DNA from: Bacteroidota bacterium
Lineage (GTDB): Bacteria; Bacteroidota; Bacteroidia; Bacteroidales; NBLH01
Direction of reading: 5' to 3'
Length of the DNA stretch: 64,000 bases
Assembly: GCA_039714415.1 (NCBI GenBank)
Contig: JBDLJL010000004.1
Location: 5,469-69,468 of the forward strand
A program made the position numbers and the translations under genes. The notes beneath the pieces are model-generated. The model searched no databases. It had not been told where the DNA came from and was given only the letters and a program-made list of their open reading frames with translations. Shown piece after piece: positions 38,498-46,673 of the stretch; position 1 is the stretch's first letter, and each line of letters opens with the position of its first letter.

Positions 38498-39841
38498 TTA
38501 TATTCCTGTATAATTCTCAGGGTTAATACTTTTTAGCTCTTCCTTAACCTTATTGTCAACATTTAAATTATCAATAAACTGGTGCATAGATTCTTTATTT
38601 ATTACCTGGTTGGTTCTTGTTAGATCTTTTAATGCTTCATAGGGGTTAGGATAGTTTTCACGGCGCAATATGGTTTGAATTGCTTCAGCTACCACGGCCC
38701 AGTTATTTTCCAAATCCCGATCAATTGCTGTTTTATTAAGCACCAGTTTTTCAAGACCTTTTATTAGTGATTCAAAAGCAATAATGGTGTGCCCAAAAGG
38801 CATTCCCAGGTTTCTTAGAACCGTAGAGTCTGTTAAATCTCTTTGCAGTCGAGAAATAGGCAATTTTGCCGATAAGTGTTCAAACAAAGCATTGGCTATA
38901 CCAAGGTTACCTTCAGCATTTTCAAAATCAATTGGGTTTACTTTATGTGGCATGGCAGATGAACCAACTTCACCCTTTTTAATCTTTTGTTTAAAATAGT
39001 CAGTTGAAATATAAGTCCAGAAATCTTTTGCCAGATCAAGAAGTATTGTGTTTATTCTTTTTAAATTGTCGAAAAGTGCTCCCAAATTATCATAGTGCTC
39101 AATTTGAGTAGTGGTTTGTGAACGATCAAGGTTTAACACATGATTGACAAAAGAATTTGCAAATTCTGCCCATTTTATTTCCGGGTATGCCACGTGATGT
39201 GCATTAAAATTTCCTGTTGCCCCACCAAATTTTGCTGAAAACGGAATTAATCGTAATAAGGCCATTTGTTTTTGAATTCTTTCCAAAAAAACATCAATTT
39301 CTTTTCCTAATCGGGTAGGGGATGCAGGTTGGCCATGTGTTCTTGCGAGCATAGAAATTTCCTGCCATTCAATAGCCAATTCTGTTAGCTTAGTTATTAA
39401 ACGCTCGATAACAGGATAATAAACATAACTCATTGCATCCTGTAAAGAATAGGGCGTTGCTGTATTATTAATATCCTGCGATGTTAAACCAAAATGGATA
39501 AATTCTTTGAATTCAGAAATTTCTAATTGATCAAACTTTTCTTTAATGAAATATTCAACCGCTTTTACATCGTGATTGGTTATTTTTTCTATGTTTTTTA
39601 TTTTTTGAGCATCTTCAAGAGAAAAATCCTGATAAATATAGCGTAAGATTTTATAGTTTTTTCGGTCAAAGGTTTTTAGTTGTTCCAGTGGTAATTCACA
39701 AAGGGCAATAAAATATTCAACCTCAACCAGTACCCTGTATTTAATTAATGCATATTCCGAAAAGTATTTTGCAAGCACTTCTGTTTTAGTTCTGTAACGC
39801 CCATCAACAGGCGATATGGCGGATAAATTATCAAATTCCAT
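38498..39841 (-). CDS. purB: Adenylosuccinate lyase
   Basis: Fumarate-lyase signature GSSAMPHKVNPIDFEN. 447 aa. Confidence 0.95.
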   Translation of the reverse strand: MEFDNLSAISPVDGRYRTKTEVLAKYFSEYALIKYRVLVEVEYFIALCELPLEQLKTFDRKNYKILRYIYQDFSLEDAQKIKNIEKITNHDVKAVEYFIKEKFDQLEISEFKEFIHFGLTSQDINNTATPYSLQDAMSYVYYPVIERLITKLTELAIEWQEISMLARTHGQPASPTRLGKEIDVFLERIQKQMALLRLIPFSAKFGGATGNFNAHHVAYPEIKWAEFANSFVNHVLNLDRSQTTTQIEHYDNLGALFDNLKRINTILLDLAKDFWTYISTDYFKQKIKKGEVGSSAMPHKVNPIDFENAEGNLGIANALFEHLSAKLPISRLQRDLTDSTVLRNLGMPFGHTIIAFESLIKGLEKLVLNKTAIDRDLENNWAVVAEAIQTILRRENYPNPYEALKDLTRTNQVINKESMHQFIDNLNVDNKVKEELKSINPENYTGI

Positions 39842-40058
39842 TTTTAACTCTTAAAATGTAAAATATTTAGCTTGTTTTGTTTTTAGTATTAAACCTCTTG
39901 AAGAGGATCGCAAAGATAGAAATTATTGTACTTATTAAATCATGAAATGATTGAAAAAGTATTATAGAGGTATAACAAATATAAAATTGTTATACTGTTA
40001 ATGGTTGTAATGTTATACCGTTTTGAAATTCTATTTCTAAAACCTTAAATCAGAAATC

Positions 40059-40391
40059 TCACTTCATATTAGTCCATGTCCTTTTCAAATTCTCTTCTTC
40101 TTTTTCTCTAAAAGCTTTTTCCAGGTCAATATCAAATTGGTTAGCTAAATCCAGCAAATAGCTAAAAACATCGGCAAATTCATATTCCAGCTCATTGGGT
40201 TTGATTTTTTTTCCCGGTTCATGATATAGTTCCATCTTATTTCTAATCGCTTTGGCCAATTCACCAATTTCTTCAGAAAAAAGCAGGAATATTTCCAGTG
40301 GGTTATTTTTATCCCAACCCCTTTCTTCTGCCAAAAGTTTAATATATTCCTGAAAATCTATTAATTGGGGATTGTCTTTTAATTTTTCCAT
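40059..40391 (-). CDS. MazG-like nucleotide pyrophosphohydrolase (small all-alpha NTP-PPase)
   Basis: EEIGELAKAIR and EFADVFSYLLDLAN metal-binding helix motifs. The ATG at 40391 is preferred over the ORF-track start at 40418. Confidence 0.7.
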   Translation of the reverse strand: MEKLKDNPQLIDFQEYIKLLAEERGWDKNNPLEIFLLFSEEIGELAKAIRNKMELYHEPGKKIKPNELEYEFADVFSYLLDLANQFDIDLEKAFREKEEENLKRTWTNMK

Positions 40392-40431
40392 AATTCTGTT
40401 GGTTTGTCTATAAAACACTTATGAAAGAGAA

Positions 40432-40475
40432 AGCCACAGGTTCACAGATTTTAATTAATCTGTGAACCTGTGGCT
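40432..40475 (-). terminator. 19-bp perfect hairpin downstream of the coiled-coil gene
   Basis: AGCCACAGGTTCACAGATT (40432-40450) is the exact reverse complement of 40457-40475, with a 6-nt loop. On the minus strand it is followed by UUCUCUUUC. Confidence 0.45.
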
Positions 40476-40603
40476 ATAATTCATACTCAACTAGTGTTAT
40501 GTCACGTATAAGATGTCGGTTAAGCTGCAAATTTTGCCTTGCCTAAAGAAAAAACCTAAAACAAATTTATACTATGTTATTTAAAAAACGCACTACTAGA
40601 TTG

Positions 40604-41305
40604 CTAATTGGTATATTGCTTCATCATTTCCAGCATTTCAGGAAAATAGTGAAACATTACTTCCAGCCCCACACCTAATACAATAATAAATATTAAAATA
40701 TTGAAAATCAAGCTAATGCCTGAGCGGCGGTTTTGCTTTTTAAGCTTTGCAAGTATCTCCTGTTCAGTCTCATCTACGGATTGAATATCATTATTTAGCT
40801 GAATCTGAACCTGATTTAATTGTTTGGCTGCATTTTCAAGATTTTGCAAACGAGTTGGGAAATCAACATCCTGAATCTCCTGGTTTAGGGTAGCTGATGC
40901 TTTTGCCAGATCCATATAACCATCCATTAGCTTACTTACATCTTCAACCTGTTGCCCATGTTTTGATGTTAGTGCATCGATTTGTTCATTGTTTTTTTTA
41001 ATTGTCGATTCAATTAAGTCATTATTGGTTTGCTGACTTATTATTGTTTCGTTATGGTAATCAACGAATATTTTTCTTATTTCTTCTAGTTTTTCTTCAG
41101 CGTTCTTTCCAGACTTTTCAAGCAATTCATCTACTTTATTCTGAATAAATTCAAGGTGGTTACTGTATTTTCCCTGTACTTCACGTATTGTTTTTATTAG
41201 CTCAGCAGCCGTTATTCCTGCTTTATCAATTTGAAGCACAGCATTATCTAAAGTTGATAATTCATCTTGAATCTTAATCAGTTCTTTGTTGATTTTTTCG
41301 TTCAT
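40604..41305 (-). CDS. Tail-anchored coiled-coil protein
   Basis: About 195 aa of Gln/Glu/Lys-rich helical sequence, then one C-terminal TM (ISLIFNILIFIIVLGVGLEVMF). No enzymatic motif. Confidence 0.55.
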   Translation of the reverse strand: MNEKINKELIKIQDELSTLDNAVLQIDKAGITAAELIKTIREVQGKYSNHLEFIQNKVDELLEKSGKNAEEKLEEIRKIFVDYHNETIISQQTNNDLIESTIKKNNEQIDALTSKHGQQVEDVSKLMDGYMDLAKASATLNQEIQDVDFPTRLQNLENAAKQLNQVQIQLNNDIQSVDETEQEILAKLKKQNRRSGISLIFNILIFIIVLGVGLEVMFHYFPEMLEMMKQYTN

Positions 41306-41382
41306 GGCTTGTATTGTTAAATTGTTGTATGGTTGTATTGTTATATGGTTTGATTAATAGTAAAATTATATCTCTTTAAATA

Positions 41383-41460
41383 TATTGTCATTTCGCTTTG
41401 CTGTCATATATTGTCATTTGCTTTGCTGTCATTAGTTTTCAATTAGCTTCGCTGTCATAA
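41383..41460. repeat. Three tandem 26-nt units (TATTGTCATTTCGCTTTGCTGTCATA family)
   Basis: Units at 41383-41408, 41409-41434 and 41435-41460. Unit 3 matches unit 2 at 18/26. The 28-mer 41411-41438 recurs at 26287-26314 (26/28). Confidence 0.8.
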
Positions 41461-41517
41461 CTGTTTTTTGTCCTGATATTCACCAAATATCATAACTACG
41501 TTAATAACTATCAATGG

Positions 41518-44500
41518 CTAATGACCAATTCCTTTATCAGACGAATTAAGTTTTTTATTAAAGTCTTTCAGCCAGGTGTAGTGCAGCCGTAGCCACAGAA
41601 TATCTTCATAATGCTCTTTCAGGTCACTCCTGTTTTGATATAAATAATCCAGGAATGATTTTATTTCTGTTAAATATGATTCGTAATCGAAATTCGGTTT
41701 CTGCCTCATCCTTATAAAACCCCTTGAAATTTGGTCAAGGGCAAAATCAATAATTTCTTCATTGTCTTGTCCGCTCATCAGTTCAGCAAAAGCATTTAAT
41801 AATAGTGATAAGTAATTATCAGGGTGATTTTCTGCAATTTGTTTTGTTGAATTTTTTAAATGCAGCCAGTTATCTTCATATTGTCTAACATTAAAAATAT
41901 AAGAGTTAATTGTTTCAAAAGTTTGGTTGTTTTGATTAAGAGGTTCTGTGTTTTCAATTGATGAAAATCTTTGATTGGAAAACTTAGCTGTAAAATAGTT
42001 TGAAAAATATTCATCAAGCTCAGGATATTTGATGGCTGATTTATCTGAACTTTTCAGGGTATTAAGAATTTGAGCTAAAATATTTGTTGAATTAATTCGC
42101 TCGGTAATAATATAGTCATAAACAAAATTTATATGAGCTTGAATTGCTTTTTCAATACCTGTTCCGGAAAGCTTAGAACTTTCCTTTTTAATTTCTTCGT
42201 ATTTATCTTTTAAAATAAATCGCTGAATGATTTTATTTTGGTTTAAAACAAATAACTCCGGGCTTTTCTTCTTAAGCCTGATATTAAAATGAAATTCGAC
42301 CGAGTTAATTGTAAATTCATCGATAACTCCAAGCTTGCTTAACCGGTAAATAGCTAAAAAGGTTTCGTTTTTTTGCCTGATTTTATAATATAAATCACCA
42401 ACTTCTTTTTCAATATTAATTTTACTGGATTTAATCCCAATATAATTTATTTCATTTAATTGTTTAAAAAATTCTTCAAACGAGCTTGTTTCATTATAAA
42501 TTTTTGAAATTAGTTTTTTGGTAAAACTATCTGATACATTTTTTTGAAGGTAAATAGCAATTTGTTCAATTACCTTATTGTTGAAAGGAATTATAATTTC
42601 TGTCTGTTCCTTTGTTTTCATAGACTCAAGCAGACCTGAAATACCATTATTTTGTTGAAGTTTTCTCTCTTTCTTTAAGCAAAGAACTGTTTTTTCACCG
42701 GAGCATCGCTTTTTTATTTCTTCCAGAATAAACAAAAGGCGTTTTCTGCTAATTATTTTGTCAAAAGAAGATTCTTCACAGTGAATACTTTTATTGATTA
42801 AATCTATATATCCATATGTTTTATCTCCTGAGTTTAGATACAATCTGGAAGGAGTGTCTTCTGGTTGAAAATTGAAATCTATACTATTATTAAATTCATT
42901 TAGATATACTTCACGAAGAATATTTAAATAAGATTCATCATTAGCATTTTCGTACAGTAATTCGTTTAGTACAGTTTTTTCTTTCTTTTTACCTTTGTAG
43001 CTTTTCAACAAAGCTTCAAGTGCAAAATACTTATCTATCTGGATTTGATCAGGTTTATAGTAGTCTTTTAGCAATGATCCTTTCGGGATTTGTATTAATT
43101 GATTGTCAATAAGTACAGTACAAATGGTTTCCTTGCCATCGCGGCCGGCCCTATAGCTTTGTTGAATAAAACTTTCAACTGAATGAGGCATGTTGAAATA
43201 AATAATATTCCTGATGTCTGGCTTATTTATGCCTATACCAAATGATTTTGTAGCAACCAAAACATCAATTTTCTTGTCAAGAAATTCCTGATGGTATTTT
43301 TCAGATTCTTCTGCTAAAGTTACCGGGACACTATCAGTACCGTCATTAGAGGCACCCCAAAACTTGCCAATCCTTAATTTTTCAAAATTGACTTCAATTT
43401 TATCTGCTAAACCATCACCCTGTTCATCTGAAATACCTATTTGGCCATAGGGTTTGGGGCAAAATATTATCGTATCATTTCCCTGGTTTTTTGATTTTCC
43501 ATTAGGAAATAATTCTTCCATTAAGAAGGTAAAATGCACTTGTTTTCTGCTTCCTGAAAGATATTCTATTTGGGAAAGTGGCATTTCCGGTTTAATTGCA
43601 GAACTGCTTACATCTACAACTTTAAATTTTAATTTAGCTTGATCAAATTTAGGTCGGATGATGTTTTCAGTTTCTATAAAAAGCTCATTTTGCAAATCGA
43701 ATTGGACATTATAACTTGCAGTACCAGTTAATGCTAAAATTGGGGTATATCCCGGTTTTTTAAATTTAAGAATTTTTCGGGAGATTTCTCCAAGTTTATG
43801 ATATTCGGGCCTGAAATCATGTCCCCATTCCGAGATACAATGTGCTTCATCAACAATAAAATATGCAGGATAGACTTTGTTGACCGGAAGGCTTTCTAGT
43901 AATACCTGGAATTTTTTATTTCTTATATATTCAGGCTCTGTGAATATAAATAATGATTCAGCATTTTCAATTCCTGTAAATTTATAAATAATCTCATCTG
44001 CTTTTTTAACTGAGGCATTGATATAGCTTACTCCATCAATTCCGGAATTATTAAGCGTCTTTATTTGGTCAGTCATTACCGGCATCAGTGGGCTAACAAC
44101 AACAGAAAAGCCAGGTTGTAGAAGGGCAGCAAGCTGATATGCTATACTTTTACCACCACCTGCGGGTAATATGCCAAGTGTATTATTCTGTTGTAAGCTT
44201 TTATTCAGAATTTCTAGTTGTCCCGGAAGAAAATTTTCTTTTCGAAATAAATTTTTCAGAAAATATTTTAGGGCTTCACGTGCTTTGTCTGTTTTTTTCG
44301 TTTCACTGTTTCCGCTTTTTACATCAAAATACCGGATGTGCTTGTCGGTTAGAAACCTTCTTTTTGAACTAATACTTCGAACAGAGTGTATTTTTGCAAG
44401 GTGTTTTGATTTTGTATGATATTCCGGATTTAACAATTTACTTCTTTGTAGAACTGATATGTCAATTAATAAATCAAAAGCCAGTTCTTCATCAAAACTA

Positions 44501-45681
44501 TCCACACTTTTGATATTTCCTGAATACAGAGTATTTAGCTTTGCACCTTTAAAATCCTTCGTTCTGTATATGTTCAAATTAATTTCAGGTAGCGTCTTGT
44601 TTTCACCTTTTAGGGCAAATAAATTATTAAATAATAGTTTTAAATCCTGAAAAGCCAGATAGGCACATGGTACATCACGTTCAATTACCCCAATTGACCA
44701 GCTCCGGGCATCTAAACTAAGTTTTCCCGACAGAATATATTCAATTACGGTTTTCTGAATCCTTGCAACAGCAATTGGGCTTAGAGCTAATTGCAAAGCA
44801 TCTAAACCATCTTTGGATTTATATAATGGGCTGCGGTAGTTTTTTGATATGGTGTCAAAATACGGGTTATATGTAAAATCAATAACCGGTCTTAATTCTT
44901 CACTGCTATTGGCAAATTTTTCTGTTTCAAACGAAAAAGGTTCGGCCCATTTTATCTCACTGGCATATTCTTTTTTTAGAATATCCGTTTGATAATCATA
45001 GCTAGTTTCAACAGGTGTATCATCAATTTCAATGATGAAACCTTTATTACTTCCATTTTCATAGGGAATTTCAAGAACAAAATCTATTTTTTTATCCAAT
45101 ATAGGCGAATACTTTTCTTTGAAACTGGAATTTGATAAAGGTCTTTCAAATCCGGCAAGCGAACTGTAGGTTCTGTTTGTTTCAATTAATTGTATGAAGG
45201 CTTCTCCCAGGTATTCAGGCAATAATGACTGCAGAAAGTCATCTTTAAACTGGTTATAATCTGAATCAGTATTTATAGTTTGAAATTGAGACTCTTTCTT
45301 TATTCGAGGGTCAATAATATGTAATGCCCTGATGATCTCCTCATTTAGGTTATTATTATCAAAAGAGTATTTAACAGAATGAAACAGGTCATTCTCTTTT
45401 TTTGTCTGTCCGAATGCTGTTGAGAGCATTTCTTCAATGAACAAAGACGGGTTTGTCGGTAACCCTTTACAAATAAGATTATTAATTGTTTTTACATCAG
45501 CAGAATATCTAAAATCTTTGTGTTTTAATTCATCTTTTGTTTCCAAATCAAAATAACAGAGTTGATGAACAATCCCGGTTATTCTTTCTTTTTCCAGCTT
45601 ATTGATGAATAAATCAAAAATACCATTTATAAAATACCCTGCTTGAAATTGATGCATAGTAATCAACAAAATTTTTTTCAA
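41518..45681 (-). CDS. Large RecQ-core SF2 DNA helicase with unassigned N-terminal (about 480 aa) and C-terminal (about 500 aa) regions
   Basis: Motif I LPAGGGKS, Ia VVVSPL, II FIVDEAHCISEWGHDFRPEY (RecQ hallmark), III ALTGTA, V VATKSFGIGINKPDIR, VI QQSYRAGRDG. N-terminal segment KIDFVLEIPYENGSNKGFIIEIDD. Start is TTG 45681 or ATG 45657. Confidence 0.85.
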   Translation of the reverse strand: MKKILLITMHQFQAGYFINGIFDLFINKLEKERITGIVHQLCYFDLETKDELKHKDFRYSADVKTINNLICKGLPTNPSLFIEEMLSTAFGQTKKENDLFHSVKYSFDNNNLNEEIIRALHIIDPRIKKESQFQTINTDSDYNQFKDDFLQSLLPEYLGEAFIQLIETNRTYSSLAGFERPLSNSSFKEKYSPILDKKIDFVLEIPYENGSNKGFIIEIDDTPVETSYDYQTDILKKEYASEIKWAEPFSFETEKFANSSEELRPVIDFTYNPYFDTISKNYRSPLYKSKDGLDALQLALSPIAVARIQKTVIEYILSGKLSLDARSWSIGVIERDVPCAYLAFQDLKLLFNNLFALKGENKTLPEINLNIYRTKDFKGAKLNTLYSGNIKSVDSFDEELAFDLLIDISVLQRSKLLNPEYHTKSKHLAKIHSVRSISSKRRFLTDKHIRYFDVKSGNSETKKTDKAREALKYFLKNLFRKENFLPGQLEILNKSLQQNNTLGILPAGGGKSIAYQLAALLQPGFSVVVSPLMPVMTDQIKTLNNSGIDGVSYINASVKKADEIIYKFTGIENAESLFIFTEPEYIRNKKFQVLLESLPVNKVYPAYFIVDEAHCISEWGHDFRPEYHKLGEISRKILKFKKPGYTPILALTGTASYNVQFDLQNELFIETENIIRPKFDQAKLKFKVVDVSSSAIKPEMPLSQIEYLSGSRKQVHFTFLMEELFPNGKSKNQGNDTIIFCPKPYGQIGISDEQGDGLADKIEVNFEKLRIGKFWGASNDGTDSVPVTLAEESEKYHQEFLDKKIDVLVATKSFGIGINKPDIRNIIYFNMPHSVESFIQQSYRAGRDGKETICTVLIDNQLIQIPKGSLLKDYYKPDQIQIDKYFALEALLKSYKGKKKEKTVLNELLYENANDESYLNILREVYLNEFNNSIDFNFQPEDTPSRLYLNSGDKTYGYIDLINKSIHCEESSFDKIISRKRLLFILEEIKKRCSGEKTVLCLKKERKLQQNNGISGLLESMKTKEQTEIIIPFNNKVIEQIAIYLQKNVSDSFTKKLISKIYNETSSFEEFFKQLNEINYIGIKSSKINIEKEVGDLYYKIRQKNETFLAIYRLSKLGVIDEFTINSVEFHFNIRLKKKSPELFVLNQNKIIQRFILKDKYEEIKKESSKLSGTGIEKAIQAHINFVYDYIITERINSTNILAQILNTLKSSDKSAIKYPELDEYFSNYFTAKFSNQRFSSIENTEPLNQNNQTFETINSYIFNVRQYEDNWLHLKNSTKQIAENHPDNYLSLLLNAFAELMSGQDNEEIIDFALDQISRGFIRMRQKPNFDYESYLTEIKSFLDYLYQNRSDLKEHYEDILWLRLHYTWLKDFNKKLNSSDKGIGH

Positions 45682-45803
45682 AAGTAAACAATAATTTACA
45701 AAATATCAAAAAATATATAATTAAAGTATTGAATTTCGCAAAATTTTATAATTTAACAGCCAAAATGTAAAGATATATAATTTAATTTAGGTCAATTTAC
45801 TAT

Positions 45804-45811
45804 TACATTTG
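45804..45811 (+). promoter_or_regulatory. Candidate -7 box TACATTTG (TAnnTTTG)
   Basis: Lies 25 nt upstream of the ATG at 45836. Confidence 0.3.
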
Positions 45812-45835
45812 GAATATTGTTAATAACGGGTAAAA

Positions 45836-46138
45836 ATGTTAGAAAGTGTAATTACATGGCTGGAAACAAATTCACAAATCTGCCCTTATCATTATTACTT
45901 TGGGATAGAATGCCCCGGATGTGGAATGCAAAGGGCACTTATTGAATTGCTGAAGGGTAATTTTATGGAAAGTATTCAATACTATCCCGTTTTGATTCCT
46001 TTATTTTTCTTATTTTTAATGTTATTAGTTCATTTGATTTTTGAATTAAAATATGGGGCAGAAATTTTGAAATATCTTTTTATATTTAATGTTTTAATAA
46101 TTGTTGTTTCATATTTTATTAAATTGCTAAATGTCTAA
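45836..46138 (+). CDS. DUF2752-like small membrane protein
   Basis: CPYHYYFGIECPGCGMQRA motif followed by TM helices. Confidence 0.65.
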   Translation: MLESVITWLETNSQICPYHYYFGIECPGCGMQRALIELLKGNFMESIQYYPVLIPLFFLFLMLLVHLIFELKYGAEILKYLFIFNVLIIVVSYFIKLLNV

Positions 46139-46287
46139 ACTATTAAATTGCTATATTGTTTATTACCTGCTATTTCAATAGTAAGTTTTATTCTATATCG
46201 TGTTTGGAAGGGAAAGGTACAAAATAAAACTGCAAATTAAGTAATTCAATTTATAATCTTTAATCTAAAATTTATAATTTAACAAAT

Positions 46288-46620
46288 ATGTCAATATCAA
46301 AAAACGCGAATCAAGATAACGATATAATTTTGGTTGATTTACCCAACTCAAATACGGTTCTTGTATTAGGGATATTTTCAATCTTCTCTTGTTTTATTTT
46401 GGGTTTGCCGGGCTTAGTTATGGGCATTGTTGCACTTAAATTGTATAAAAAACCTTATGAATTATATCAACTGGCACCGGAGTTATATAAAAAGGAGTCA
46501 TATAAGAATTTAAGAGTTGGTTATATTACATCAATTATAGGAATTGTTCTTTCATCCCTGTTTTTGTTAATTTTGATATTTTCTATATTGATTTTTGGTT
46601 CTTTGGCTGCGATTCTATAA
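46288..46620 (+). CDS. Small two-TM membrane protein (DUF4190/CCC-motif-like)
   Basis: LGIFSIFSCFILGLPGLVMGIVALKLY plus a second C-terminal TM. Confidence 0.5.
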   Translation: MSISKNANQDNDIILVDLPNSNTVLVLGIFSIFSCFILGLPGLVMGIVALKLYKKPYELYQLAPELYKKESYKNLRVGYITSIIGIVLSSLFLLILIFSILIFGSLAAIL

Positions 46621-46673
46621 TTGCTTGACTTTATCAGATTTTAGATATGCCATTTTATTAATAAATTAAAGGT

